A stretch of 64,000 nucleotides of DNA from the human T2T-CHM13v2.0 reference genome, Homo sapiens: NCBI RefSeq assembly GCF_009914755.1, contig NC_060926.1; one strand, 5' to 3'. Positions 12,820-27,739 of the stretch are shown here, in pieces (within the stretch, counting starts at the first letter, position 1; the number at the start of each line of letters is the position of its first letter). The translations under genes and the position numbers were made by a program. Under the pieces are notes generated by a model that saw nothing but the letters and a program-made list of their open reading frames with translations, made no database searches and had not been told where the DNA came from.

Positions 12820-13609
12820 ACTTGACAAAAATATTTGTAGCAGTTTTAATTCACAGTAGCCAAAACCTCAAAATATCTCAAATGCATATCAACAGGACAG
12901 TGGATAAACTAATACTGGTATATTCACTCAGTTGAATTCCCCTGACCCATTGAAAAGGCATAAAATACTGAGGCATGCAACAACATGGATGGGTTTTGAA
13001 ACACTGAACAAAATAAGCCATAGGCAAGAGTACATACAATGTAAGTTCATTTATACCAAAGCCTAGAAGAGATAAAGTAATATAAATGAGGACAATGAGT
13101 GCAAAGAAGGAATGTATTGACTAGCAAGTAGTAGTTGAAAAGTTTCTGAGGTGACAGAAATATTTCATGTCTTGATTTGAGTGGTGATACATAAATATAT
13201 ACAATGTCCCAAACACACGAACTATGTACTTAAAGTCTTTGCACTTTCAATTTTTCAAGATGTTAGGGAAACATATAATTCTTGCGAATTACGATAAAAT
13301 TTATTGAGCTAAAGGTTATTAATGCGAATACATAACTTTAGTCTCTAGTAGAAAGAAACTGAAAAAATTATGTTATATTCTTATTTATTCTATACTGGAG
13401 AATTAATTTTGTGAATTTCACAATTTAAAGTTCAGTTAAATTAAATTGGGCTATCTTCAGATGTGCTTTCTGTTTTTTCTTTTATTTTCTCAAGAATTGA
13501 AGAGTAGCAAAAATGGAGAAGAAAAATAAAGATATTTTTTATTCCCCTCGAAAGAAAGATTTAATAGAAGTGTCAGTACTGTTTCTATATTCATTGGACT
13601 TTTTAGTGT

Positions 13610-13970
13610 ATTCCAGCCACCTTTCCAATTGCCAAAATCAGAATACCTGAGTTTGATGACTATTTTTCCCAAAGAAACTGCAGAAAGTCATACTGCCCAT
13701 GTGCACAGCAAGTTGGAAGTGCCAAAAAATCAACACCTTCTCCTAGAAATTCTATTCAAATAGCTTTTGAGAATTGGTAGATAAATATTGCAACTCCTTT
13801 GCCCCTTGAGTGGGAAGGGTCTGAGGCATGTGTTTTGCACCGTTTCCCAGAATTTCCCTGTGGGATTAAGATTAATTCATCCTGGGTGCTATCTGGCTTA
13901 TTTTACTGGCTGCTTCCACATTACACCTCATGTTGCATTTTCAGGGATCACCTTCAATAAACATTTTTGG
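13610..13970 (+). mobile_element. LTR16-family (LTR16C-like) ERVL LTR
   Basis: ggaagtgcc...ttggtagataaata...ctgaggcatgtgttttgcaccgtttcccaga...gggatcaccttcaataaac. Confidence 0.75.
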
Positions 13971-15899
13971 TGGCTCCTACGGAGAATGTGCTCACAGATT
14001 GAGGCAACCTTCCTCTGCTATCTTTGCGTGTATTTTGGAAACAATTTTAAAACCACTGACAAGTTAAACCGAGATATACAAAATATACAGGGAAATTGAA
14101 TTTGAGTGATTCTTTGCAATGTTTTTGAATATAGGAGTTAATATATATACATGCTGTATTGTCATATTGGTATTATTATTGATCTCGAATAGTTTTCCAC
14201 GATTCTGAGGTCATGCTTCTCAAGAAGCATTTGAGGCTAAGGAATTTATTATGACAATTATATGTCATTTACTGAATCTGAAGAACTGTTTATCAGAAAG
14301 CCCAACTCCAAGACTAGGATGGTTTGTATGCATTTGTGTCAATAATAGTGTGTCCTAAAGTAAGGTAAAAATAAAGTCAAAAGACTCTTCTCAGGGCTGA
14401 GTTTCTTAGAGATACACATACAAACCTTTTTCTCATTATCCCATTCTTGGCATGTCCACAGAAGCAGTGTTTTTTCATTTATCTTAGTAGTCATCAAGAC
14501 ACATAGTAATTAACTTGTGGTGGTATACTCTTTTCCCTGCTATTTGTTTTCATGGTGAAAATACACATGGTTTGGCTATGTACTTAATAGCACAAATGTT
14601 TATCAATATTGCAGAAAATCTGTCACACTAAATTTTCAGAAGGATTTATGTCAACATGAACATACACACTTACATGTACTAGCTTTTTAAAATTCTAAAA
14701 CAGAAATAGGTTGATATGATTTTAATGTCAAATAAAATCTTAATTGTATGTAGACTAATCAAAAGTGTGAAAGTTATCTAAAGATCTTTTAGTTACAGGG
14801 CTATTCTAAAATCTGAAATCCTCTTTTCAGTAAAATTGTTGCACCAAATTATTTTTTCAAATTTTAAAAATATGAGATGCCAGTTTCTAGTATTATCTTT
14901 TCACAGTTGCTAACTGATACTTCAAGTTTATATCAATGTTTTGATTTAAGGGTACTCTATTTTCTCTTGACATCTGGTTTAAGCTTTTTTGACTGTGGGG
15001 TTGTTCTGAGATGTTTATTGCTAAACTCATGTACTAACTAACCCACATGTAGATAAAATATGTTCATGTTTATAAGGTCAACTGTCTTAACTCCTTTCTG
15101 AAAAGTGTTTGGAGTATATAACTACATTAAACTTATTTTAAAGAATAAAAATACTGCACAACTGTACACACTTTTAATGTTCATGATTTAAAATATTTTA
15201 ATTAGGTGTTATCTGTCTTTCTCACACCCACTCTCTGCCCCTACTGATGTTTAGTGTGTGTCTAATTTCTTTAAACAGTGTTTAATATTGAATGTGTTGT
15301 GTTTTTTAAGTCACTCTGCCAGATTTGGAACTACATCTGTGGCCTATTCCTTTCTAGTTCTGCCCAGCTTTGCTGCTGATATTATCAATAGTGTTGTATA
15401 TAAAAGCCGAATGCCATTATGATTTAGAGACCAATCCTCTGGCATTGTGCCAAATAAGTCTAATTTGGGATCTGGGGAATGATAGACAAGAAAATTACAA
15501 CTGGAAGAAATGTACATCGAATTCTAATTGAAAGCATGAGGCTTGGGGTGTTTTGTTTTTTTTTTTATTGTGCATTTTGTTGTTGTTGGGGGAATTTTAA
15601 AAACCTGGAGTTCTGTTACAAAAAAGCCACAAAACAGGTGCAAAATGGTACATTTTATTCATTTTCAGGAATAACAGCATAAAATCTTTATTGATATAAT
15701 TGTGAGACTTCACTGAAAATTATGATTTTTAATAACTGTATCTGTTATCTTTAAGCAAACCAAATCTATTTGGCAATTATTGGTGGAGTAACTAAAAACA
15801 TTAAAAAATAATTTGCTATTTCTCTTCTTGCAACTTCTAAGTTTGAATTCATTCCTTTTTAGAGATTCAATTCTTACCCCTCAGTGAAAACCTTAAAAT

Positions 15900-16450
15900 A
15901 ATTGGATATCTTGTGTTACTCAAATTTAACATGCCCAAGGTCAAGTTCAACAAAGAAAGTATTTCACTGGTAATACATTTAGGAAATGCTACATGTTTAT
16001 CCCTCTTGATTCAGATTTACTGCCCCCTCTTTGTTTCGAATTTTGTGTTGATGGCTATTTTTTCCAGTTTTCATAGAAAAGTTTGGAGTTATCTCATTTC
16101 ACATACACTTATAAGAAGCATGTTTATCATTTCTTACTCTCATTTCCCATATTTAGTATTTCTACAGGGTTTGTTGCTTCTTCTTATGAAATGCATTAGG
16201 ATTTACTCATCGTCTTATCCCATGCTTCTGTTTCTAGCTAAATCTTATTCCAACTTCCATTTATTCTTGCTGAGTTACTGTCTTTCTGAACTGACTCCAA
16301 TCTCTCTCCCTTTCTACTCACCCTGGACTCTGCTTATCTTTCTAGAACTGCCCCCAACTCTTCATCCCTTAAGAATTTGTGATGCCTCCTTTTCACCTGT
16401 CTCCTAAAACAAGTCTTCTCCGGTAAGTTTTCAAATCCCCTCATAACTAT
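15900..16450 (+). mobile_element. L2 fragment
   Basis: ctcaaatttaacatgcccaa...gaaaagtttggagttatc and a pyrimidine-rich L2-like body. Confidence 0.55.
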
Positions 16451-19400
16451 CCACAGACTACCTAACCCCAGTGCATATTTCAATGGAGACTTCATTGGTT
16501 TTCTTATCTCCCAACATCCAGGGCTATTCATAGTGACTCATAGGCTTGACTCAGGCCTTAGTGTTTTGAAACAATGCAGTATTTAGGCATTTATTTTAAA
16601 AGACGCTAGTGCAATTCAGTAAGGTTCTAATTGTTAGGTGATCCCTAACCTTGTTTTCAGGATGATAATTTGATAACTTGTTTATAAAAATTGGTCCCGA
16701 ACATGTGCCTCCACTTCATTAAACTTGTCTATGAAATTGTGAAGAATCAATGTTTTATATACAATATTATATACAAGTATCATCTACTATAGAGGATAGT
16801 GTCTACCTTCTATCTGCTTGTGAAACTTAGGCAGAGAAAGTGCAAGGGTAGCCTGTTGTCATTGCTACTATTCTTTAATATTTTTATATAACTAGAATGC
16901 TTCTGGTTTTATTTATAGCAGAATGTGCCCTACTGTACAATGCAATAATTTGTTATTGGGATAGAAATCTTGAGATGTCTCTTAGAAGTACCACCTTCTG
17001 ATTTGGTGCCAAAGTATGACAGACAACCAGTCCTATGCATTGTTTGAGAATGTAAGTGAGATCACACCAATTACCAAGATTATAACTAGTTTTCCTTGAT
17101 ATTCCTTGGGCTCTCCATTTGTTCAGCATGTCTTTCAGAGCCACATATACCAAGTTTAAAAAATGTTACCACAAATTATTCATTTCCTTAAGCAATAATA
17201 TGTTTTATTCACTGTGTCAGATGTGTTGTGGAAGAATAATTACTCTATTTTGTGATTTTATAAAGTGTATTTTCTGTATTATTATTAAATGTCTGATTAC
17301 TTGAGATAAACCAGCCATCCTCTTTTTTTACTACTCGGCAAGAAAGGAAGAAGAATGAAATTATTTGTGTTATGGAGCACAGTTTATCAGATAATCCCTG
17401 TGATGGAAAATATTGTTTCCCAGATATCAACAAAATGGCATTCTTTTTCCTATTTGGCATTACCTTGAATAGTTAAACTTAAATAAAGAAAAATTTAAAA
17501 ATGTAAAATGTGCATATTTTATGCTGTTTTCAACATTAACACTCAGAATTGCACATCTTATCTAATTATTCTAGATGCTTATGAAGAATTTTGAATTATT
17601 TTCTCTATATTATCTCTTATGAATCCTACAAGGAGGAAAGATGAGTTGTAAGATTATCAAGACCTCAGCCTAAACTATTAACGGACAATACAATGGTTAG
17701 TCACTTGATGTATAATTTTATATGAAATTACATTTTATGGTTCTTTCAGACCATTTCTAATACTGTGTAAATATGCATACACTTGCAACATATACATTTT
17801 CTGTTAATTTATTTTGCCTTGAGAGTATTACCGATGTCTTATAGGTATCCATTTAGAATAAGACTTAACTAATACTACCAGGGCCTTACAAAGTGAGGGA
17901 TATAATTGGACATTTAGATGATAAACATCTAGAGACCAATTTTATATTAGTAAGGCATAGCTTAGTTCAATATTTTCATTCCTATGTATATGCTATTGAT
18001 TTAGTATCCCTTTTTTGGGTGTACAATTTTCTGATCTCAACATATTTTCTTTTTTAAAACAAATAAGACTGAACCAAGCTAGCAGCTTGTATCATGTGAA
18101 CTATTTAAACACAGAGACCCAATAGCAACATTTAAAACCTGGGAACTCTAGTGCATGTTATAGCATTCTCAAATCTTTAATGGTTACAAATATACCCAGA
18201 ATGAAGATCGTGTATTTTCTGTACCATATTTGAATCAATTTTTCAATCTACAACTTAAAATAATAGCAATTTGTTTTAGAACTCTTCTATGGACTAATGT
18301 GTGTAATGCTGAACTGAGAGTTCCCAAGTGGTCCTTGAGGAGAAAAACAAAGTTCTCCTTTTTAAAAACAGGCATTCAAAATTCTCCATATGCATGTAAT
18401 AATAGATAACATCTGGTATTCTGAATGTTAATGTTGGGAGCAACTTTCAAAATCTAAAAATTTTCTATTTTTTTCATTTTCTGCATTTCTTTATATTTAT
18501 TCCTTTAGGATAAAGAGCCGTGCAAATGTCTGTTTCCCCCAGCTGACTGGTTGTAGGGAGGTGACCGAAGTACACTGAATTAAGTATAAGGCTCATTTTG
18601 TTAATTCCATTCCTTTGTGAATTCATGGAGGATTGCCCTGACTCACTAGAGTGGGTCTTGTTTTGTGCCCAAAAAGCATTAACACCCTGTGCAGTCGTAA
18701 TTTTTCATTCATAGAGATCCAGTCATGCATCATAATCATAATTTCTTTACAGCCTCCTCTTTGGGTATCTCTATTTATCTGGATTTCAGAAAGTAGGGTA
18801 CCTTGTTAGGGAGTAGTTTTCCTGCCTGACTGAGGAAATCTATTCACCTGGCCTTGGCCCAATGACCCTCTGTTTCCATTGCCAGATTTAATAGGCTCTT
18901 CTAGCAGGGCCTTACGATTTCACAATCTATAAGCCATTAGCTAAAGCTATACCAAACCTATGAGAATCAATTCCAGCATATGTGGGATTTCGGTTTTATT
19001 GCCCAAGAGTCAATAATAAATATTATCCCTCAACATGCCAGGAGTGCACAGGTGTCTAACTTCTTTGACCTTCCAGCTGGATTATTTTGAAGTATTTACT
19101 TTCTTCCTGCAAACCCGCAAGCTCTTACAAGGCAGCAGTAAACCATTTTTAAGACGTGATCTTGTTGATTTGTTTGGAATGATTCAGCTGAATTTTCTGT
19201 TTGCTTTGTACTTTGAATTAATTTTTTTTTCACTCTTGCTGAGGGAATGTGCTAATGTATCTTCCTTCTCACATTGGGGAAAACGATAGATATATAAAAT
19301 AATGTTTGGTCTGCAGTAACTCTATTTTCCATTGTAGTTGAAAAGGTTAGTTCCAAAGTAGGAAACCTGGAAGATTCCTGGATATAGGAGCACCAGCAGA

Positions 19401-19729
19401 AGTAGCATTGTATAGGGCCACTGTAGCATGATCTTCATAATATTTCATTCCTGGCCAGTCTTTTCTATAGTAACCTAAACCCCAAAGAGAGAAAACTTTC
19501 CCATTTGAGGTAACAGCCAGTTCTTGGGCTCAGCCAATTATTTTTATTTTCTTTATTGGTCTTGAAATATGTCAATTGCCCCAAATTCAAGTAATACTTA
19601 AATGTAAATGTATTTCTAAATAAATAGAAATGATTTGGGGTATATTATTTTGCCTATCCTATATGTGATCTCCCCTCTGGAATGGTGGAAAATAGTAATA
19701 CGTTTTGCATTATTTTTAGAACTGAGTCA

Positions 19730-20095
19730 AAGACAGTGGCAGTTTCTAAAATTCCATCTTCATCCTGTTATTTCCTAGACCTCTTGCAGTTTGGTAAGGC
19801 TATGTGTTTAGTCCTGAGCAGTGTCTTAGTGGCAGAAATGACATCTATTGCGTGGTGACCATATAGTTCTCTCTTCTCTTGTTCCTGCAAACAAGGAGAT
19901 TGTGTGTTGGGATGGTGGAGCCACCAAATAACGAAATCTGAATTCCTGAATAACGGTGTGGAAGGTAGTTACATCAGAAAGTAGCTTAGGTCTATAATGA
20001 TCTTTGCATGTGTGAAAAGCAAACTTTTATAGTATTAAACCCTGATAGTGTGGTGTCTATTTGTTACCAACACATCACATACCTATCGCCAATAT
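19730..20095 (+). mobile_element. MLT1 (J/K-like) MaLR LTR
   Basis: atttcctagacctcttgcagtt...gatggtggagccac...aaacttttatagtattaaaccctga...tttgttacca. Confidence 0.65.
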
Positions 20096-20099
20096 GTAT

Positions 20100-20262
20100 G
20101 AGCACTTGATAATTTGTGAAGACTGTTTGCAAACATTATTTAATTCGCTTCCTGAGAACCACTGAACAGATAAGGAATTTGAGGCTCAAGGAAGGGCTTA
20201 CTTGTCCCAGATCAAACTCGTAGTAAATGGTAGTGACAGGTGTTATAATGTAGATCTTCCTT
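20100..20262 (-). mobile_element. MIR
   Basis: acagataaggaatttgaggctcaagg...acttgtcccagatcaaac...agtaaatgg MIR core. Confidence 0.65.
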
Positions 20263-20766
20263 CACATAGTTCATGGTGCAATCTATTGTATCTATTATCT
20301 TTTTCTCAAAATGAAACCCGCTTTGGCCACATACAACATCTTGATCTAAAAAAATGACATTGAATCATCACAGAGTCTAATTTTCCTTCTTAAGAAGGGT
20401 GGCACTTAAGTCTCTGTAATCAGAAAAGGATTCCTTCTGTATATAAATTTTTCTTTTAGTGTTTAGAATTTTAAGTGTATATAAACAAAACTTTGGTAGA
20501 TATTACCACAGAGAATTATGCTTTGTCTTAAAGACGTGAAAGCATCTGAAAGTATTATGAGAATTACAACATATTTTCAAAGTAAATTGTTTGAGTAGGA
20601 AGCAACATTGAGGAATCTGTGAAAGCAAATATTTCAGTAGGTTATTTTCCCCAAAATTTCATTGCTTGTAGTAAAAATACCTACCTCATAACAAGTGATA
20701 CTGTAATCAAGGTTCTCAGTTTTCTATACAGTATTTATTGAATTAAAATGAAGAGGGAATTGGTGA

Positions 20767-21168
<402 letters not shown>

Positions 21169-22954
21169 TGATTTCTGAACCTCATTGTTACTTTTGCTGT
21201 TACAGCCTTCTCAATAGTTATTTATTTCATTTGTACCTGCTAACTAGCTTAAAATAGCATGCTAGAAAGACACCTGAAAACCACTCAGAAGCAGGATCAA
21301 AGAAACAAGTAGATAGTTTATATTAAAGTTAAAATAGCCTCCTATTTCCTCAAATTTGTATCAAAAGCCTACATCTCATTATAAAAAAATTTGGGGGGGG
21401 GAGAAAAAAGTTGAAGAGGTTAATTTTTTTGCATGGCTAAAGAAAAATCTTTATCCTGTGCCAAAAAATTAACAACTAATATAGTTACATAGGTTATGAA
21501 TATATTCTTTTATTAAAACATAGTTAAAATATGCTTATGTTTATGTACAATAAAGGTCTATGAAAAATCCTAGTTATAGAAAATAGCTACAAATAAGGAC
21601 TTAGTCCTACAAAAATAAAGCAAAACATGATAGGAATGCTAGAATCATAAATATTAAGAAGTGAGCCCTGAAGTTCTTATTTCAAGAAGAATGTGCTAGA
21701 AGAGATAGCTCTGTGATGCATTTGTGGTTTTATTTTATAAAAATCAAAGATACTCTTGATACTCTGAAAGTATACACATAAATATCTAAATATATTTATA
21801 TATTTCTTATAAATATCTTCTGTATGGGATGCTCAAGACTAAATAATTTTTAAAAATTTTTCTAGTTTGCAAGTGTGCATGTGAGCACACCCACATAAAT
21901 CCCCATGCTACTTTAACCTTACTTATATTTTGGCATTTATACTTTAACTGTATATCAAAATCCATATCTCAAAGAGACAAAAAAGCAACTTGAGTTTGGA
22001 ATAATCTTTTCTGCATTAGAATTGCCTGCTCTCTCTGTAGCAGTGTGGAGGAGTTGCTTGGCTAAGCAGTAAAAGTAGTTCTGTGGTCAGCTACCATAAA
22101 AAACCCGAATGGTTTTTCCTGGCAAGGTATTTTCAAAGTATTTGTGTCATGCTCAGATTGATTATTCAAAGTTGGTTTGACTTGACATTCTTCAGGTATT
22201 AGATAACCGAGATTGTTCCAACCAGCCTTTCTCTATTTCTTTACTTACTCATCTTTCTCTCTCTCTCTCTTTCATCTTCTTTTCAAAGAGAAAGGTGCTA
22301 TGTCATAGAATTTTGTCATGAACTCATCTTAAGCTGTTTGTTATTGACTCACTGTAGCCAAACACAGCCTAAATAATTATGGATTAAGGTGTTCATAATA
22401 TGATTTAAATTATGAGTGAAAAAGCATGCATTATGCATATTTTGTCAATGAGTTTTTTCTATGTTCATTTATAAGATTATTTGCTTTGGTGTTCTGGACA
22501 TCTCTCAATAAATGTCATGTATTATTGTGAATATTAAGTGGTTCCACCTCGCCACACTGAATACACCACATTGTACAAATTTATACTTGACCTTGAAACA
22601 ATGAACTTTCTCTTTAGAAAATTTATTTAAGACAGTGGAAAACTACAACACTGGTAACAAAACATAAACTGAATAAGAATATTATCAGCACTGAATATTG
22701 TCAATAATGTATAATTTTGAAAATAAAAAAACCTCTCACAGTTCAGTAAACTAAATTTAAGTAATGCACAAAGTAAATCACTCATGAAAACAAAAACAGA
22801 ATAAACACCAAGTTTGTTTCCAAATGCATCATTATAACCTCCAACAAGGAAGGAAAGTAGACTGATGAATCACATAGGTGTGCTAAAGAGAATTCAATGC
22901 CGTACATGTGGTCTAAATGTTTTGAAGTGGTCCCTTAGAATAGTAGAATTTTAA

Positions 22955-24690
22955 AGCTTTTATTATGACGAAACACTTAATACACATAAATCAGTATACA
23001 TGACATGTGCAATTAGAAAAAAAAACTGTACTAAAATTAACACCTATGTGCCCACTGCCTGGTTTACAGAGTAGAATGGTATCACATGGTTATCTGTGTT
23101 CCACTTTCTGATTTCATCACTCTCCTTCCCAGGAGTTTCATACTTCCTATCTTTGTCTTTATCATGACCTTCACTGTCATTACAGTTTTGCTAAAATTGT
23201 GTAGAATATTGACTCTCTATCCTTTACTTTTACATTTTTAGTTTTGTATATAAATGGTACTGTAATTTGTGTATTCTTTAACTTGTTTTCCTTACTCATT
23301 TTTATGTTTCTGACATTCATCCAGGCTATTTCTTATAACAATAGTTTTGCTATTTTCACTGCATATGCCTCATTTTAGTTGTGTATTTATGCATGTATCT
23401 CATTTTATTATTTCATTCTTTTGCTAATTGATATTTGAATGGATATAAAAATGATGCCATGAACATGTGTGTGGTTTGCTGTCGGGGTCTTACTTTTGAG
23501 TGTAAACAAGAATCCTAGAGTATGTTCTATGTGATGCCAAAGTGCCTAATTGATGGTGTTAATTTATACTTTCATTGGCCATTTGTGAGAAATCTTGTTG
23601 TTCCATATTCTCTTCAATATTTAGGATTGTCAAACATTTTCATTCTTGTCTTTCTCGTGTATGTAAAATAGCATCTGACTGTGGTTTTAGTTTGTTTGCA
23701 TTTCTCTGGTTAGTTATGAGTTTGAGCACCTTTTATGTTTATTAGTGATTTGAGCTTCTATGAAATATTTACTTATCTTTTTGTTCATTTTCTATAGAGT
23801 TATTATGGTTTTTACTGATTCAAGAGGTGATGGATTTTTAGTTATACATGTTATAGATATTCATTCTCTCAGTTTGTGACTTGTCTTTGTACTCTCTTCG
23901 TAGTGATTTTTAGTAAAGAGAAGAGGTTTCTTCTTTATGGTTTGTGCTTTTTACATCATGCTTAAGAAAATACCTCCTATATTTTTCTAAACATTCTTCT
24001 AAAGTTTTAAAAGACTTGTTTTTTACATTTAAGTATTTAATATACCTGGAATCAATGTTCATGCTTAGTGTGAAATATGGATGCATTTTTGTTTCCTAAG
24101 AGGAAAGCCAATATGCTTTAGTATCTTTTATTCTGTGGCTGTTTCATTCATATATACTTGCTGTTTCTGAGTTCTCTATCCTCTTCGAGTGTCCAGTTAT
24201 CCAGCTCTGCACAAATATGACACTGACTTAATTATTTAGCTTTATGATAAGATTTGTTAGCTGTTTTAACCACACTCTTCACTCTTCACAGAACTTCTCT
24301 TCTTCAAACAACTTTGTCTCTGTTTGGCCCTTTGATATTTTATGTATTTAGAAGCAGCTTGCGAAAGTCCACAAAAACTCCTATTGAAATTTTGATTGAA
24401 ATTACAATGACTCTTTAGAAAAACCTGGAGAAAAATGACCTTTGAGTTTTTCTCTCAGGAACAAAATGTGTCTATTCATTTATTCATGTCTTCTCTAAAT
24501 CTTTCATAAAATTTATAATTCATATCAATAAAGATCTTTCCCATCTTTTGTAGATACATTTCAAAGTACCTAATATTTTGGTTGTTGTTGTAAATGGAAT
24601 CTCCAATTATTGTTTGTTTACTTAACTTTTTACTATACTACCCAGGACATCTAGTTCAATATTAGAAAGAAACAATGATAGTGACAGAAT
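22955..24690 (-). mobile_element. Ancient L1ME LINE 3' portion
   Basis: T-rich antisense L1M motifs (ttttagtttgtttgcatttctctg, tttgagcacctttt, tttgattgaaattacaatga, ttgtaaatggaat). Confidence 0.8.
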
Positions 24691-26564
24691 GATTAGATAT
24701 AATCTTATTGTTGACCAGGTATGGAGGAAAAGCCTTGCAAATCAATGGAAACGATAGTTATCTCAACAACTTCATCTAAAACAAAGGTACTCCTGGCAAA
24801 TACATTTTCCACTGGCTTTCCATCATATCTAAAATGTCATCATTTAGAGATCCTTTGAGGATCAGCTAAGATTAAACTGTACTAAGAAGTATGAGAAATG
24901 TAACTGTTTCAGCACCCTTCTGGTGATTTACACCTTAACAATGATTAGATAATATCAGACAATAAGAAATGAGGGTTAATTTTGATGGAAAAAAAAGTAA
25001 ATCTCCTTTCTGAGTCATACAGGAGAAAAACACCCAGGTAACAATTCCTCTTATGTTATCACCTGGGTGACTCAGGATGGAGAATTGTTTTCTTCTACAG
25101 ATCTGGCAGATGTAACTAATAGATATTTGCAAGAACTGCATCTTCCAAGCTGCTTAGCCAATGGCACCACACAATCTGTCTTTTAAGGGGGTTTTCTTTG
25201 AGCAATGGAAACAAATATGTGCCTGAATTTTGCTTTGAAAGATATGTCAACAAAACCTCTGGAATTACCAGGGAAATGTACACGGTGAAATAATGTATGC
25301 ATCTGAATACAAGAGGTAGTGGCGGCCTGGCAACTATAGATATGTACATATAACCTTTGGGTTTCCACTAAACATGCTGCTCCTTCTTCACCCATTAGAA
25401 TTCTGTGCTATAGTTTATAATAATGACTTTTTCTTGTAATTTATTGATCAACTGGAATGCAATTTATTGATTGGGTGGAATATAAATGTGGGTATGTGTG
25501 TGTGTATAAGACATCAATACATTTAAATTGTGTCTTACATATATGTTTAATATCTATGCTTTTTATACAAATATGAGCACCTAAAAAGAGTAAAGTTATC
25601 ACTGCTAATTTTCAGGATAGGAATCTTGCAGCTAATGGATTCCTTTATCAGGTAAGATATATGAGTAAAAATAAGATGATAAATAGACTGAGGTTATGAT
25701 GAGTGGAGGTTAGGGTACCCATATTTCAGTTTCATATTAGGAGTCATTGATAATAAAATTGGGAGTCAAGTTTGCAAATTATTTTTCTGTTAACACCCAA
25801 TCCAACTACCCCTAGAGGGGCAAAAGAGTCTCTTAATGAGAAAAATGATTGCCTAGGTAATACCAAGTAGAAGTAATACGGATGCCTGTTTCACTGATAA
25901 TTGTTATTTGACATTGGTTGTTCTAGTGTGGAAAGCACATAGTCTTACAGTAAAAAACGGTTAAGCAATGAACTTCTAAGATGACTTGTCAGACAATAGA
26001 AGCCAGAAGAGTCCTCAGAGCTTTATGTCACCTAGGACATATTTGTGAATATGAAAATATTCTTCCACCTTCCTGCCAGCTCACCACAAAGCAAAATTTG
26101 CAAGAAAATCAGGTCGCCTCAGAAATCCACCACAAGCTGCCAAAGCTTACAATTTCTCTCTCTTCTAATGATTTCTGGAGGTAAGAGGCTAGAGAGATTA
26201 AGAGAGCAAATTATTTTCTAGTACTTAATTTTTTTTTCATTTTGCTATAAAGACAGCAAATTGCATAACATACCTTTTCAAATGAATAAAAAATATATTT
26301 TGGGAAGAGCTCTGCCACAGAATAACTGAGTATTATGAACAGATTATTTCGCAATGCATTTGTTCTCATCGTGAATCATATTAATAGGCCAGGGTTTTCT
26401 GTGAACCTTGGGTGCATAAAACATCAGTAAAAAGAAAGCACATCACCAGTGCTGATCTGAGGAGATGATAGGAAGACGAGTGTGCTTGACTCCATACTGA
26501 CTGGTTTTCTTTAAATCCTTCTGACTCTGCAATAATTTAGAATATGATGTTAAATGATGAAGAA

Positions 26565-26783
26565 CAAATAACTGATATTATTGGAGTAGTTCACACTGTA
26601 CCAGGCATATGTACATCATTTAACTAATTCGACCCTCTCACCCACCCTTTAAGGTAGGTGATATTTAATTTATTTCACAGACAAAGACAGTTTGGTTCTC
26701 CTTAGATGGTAATTTGGTATAATGAGAATGGCAGAATTGAGAGAAAAACTTGAGTCTTCTGATTCCAAGATGACTGCTCTTTA
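26565..26783 (-). mobile_element. MIR
   Basis: ctgtaccaggca...aaggtaggtgatatt...atttcacagacaaagacag...tctgattccaaga. Confidence 0.6.
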
Positions 26784-26838
26784 CATTGGGAGTTATTTAT
26801 CTGGTCGACAATAAAATTTAAATTTTAGATCACAGAGA

Positions 26839-26840
<2 letters not shown>

Positions 26841-26887
<47 letters not shown>

Positions 26888-26907
26888 CACACATATATAC
26901 ACACACA

Positions 26908-26938
<31 letters not shown>
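26841..26938. repeat. (AT)21-(CA)n-(GT)14 compound microsatellite
   Basis: Directly visible; 98 bp of uninterrupted purine/pyrimidine alternation. Confidence 0.97.
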
Positions 26939-27739
26939 CTGATTTCAGCCCCATATTAGGAATTATTGAGTCTGAAATTGAGAGGCAAGTTTACAAATTA
27001 GTTTTCTGTAATGCCCAACCCATCCTATAGAGGTAGTTGAATGATGACTTAAATATTTGGCCACATCTTGCACGCATAGCAAAAATCCTTCTATTTCTAA
27101 CATTTCCTCTTCATATTTATTTAGGACACAAGCTGTTAGAGTATTAAAAAATAGTATGTCTTCCAGAGCATAAAGTACAGGGTCCAGGATGAAGAATTCC
27201 ATTTCTGTCTTCCTGACAGAATGTTTGCTTAAGTGGGAACACAGGATACATCTATACTGCTAGATTCTTTGAGAGAAAATGTGGGCAATTTTGCAATCAA
27301 GGGCATTTTCCTGTCAGTGCCCCATATAGTCTGTTGATGAATGGATTTCTAATCAACAGCATTGTTCCATTTGAGCACAAGTTAGTAAGTCTAGAAAATT
27401 CCATAAAACCAATTTTAACTGTGTTATGCTTAGCATCAAACATATCCGGTGGCCTGGAAACAGGTTAAAAGTATGCTAAAGTTGTAATATGGCTGTTTTT
27501 AAACTTGCTTGAGGGTAAGATTCTCTGATTACCCTTCAATAAGATCTCATATCTCTTGAACATTTTTAATGGCTTTGACAAATGAAATTTACACTAGAGT
27601 AGCTTTGGAGGATCCCATTTGCCACCAGAGGGAATTTTCAGAGGTTTGAAAAATTTGCTATGACCAATGAAACTATAAGCTTATTGACAGTCCTAATAAA
27701 ATTGAGCAACTTTGTCAGATCTCCTTCCATGCCTTTCTG

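Larger units (their letters stand above)
8735..13250 (+). mobile_element. Ancient fragmented L1M (L1ME-type) LINE: 5'UTR/ORF1 remnant, endonuclease region, 3' ORF2 and 3'UTR; host of an AluS, the SVA and a THE1D
   Basis: EN-region motifs (atagaccatatattggg, atattctctaacacaattaga, taaataatggataagtcaaagaa), later ORF2 motifs (agattcaat, aaagttggtggacttatact, ttcctagatatttacc) and 3' end (gaggtgacagaaatatttcatgtcttgat). Confidence 0.75.

Noticed and set aside
15913-16407. 164-aa hydrophobic ORF
   Set aside because: Non-ATG start, T-rich decayed L2 sequence, no recognisable domain
18500-19160. Slightly GC-richer unique stretch considered as a processed pseudogene or ERV remnant
   Set aside because: Partial hand translation and the ORF track gave no recognisable protein; no poly-A or TSD
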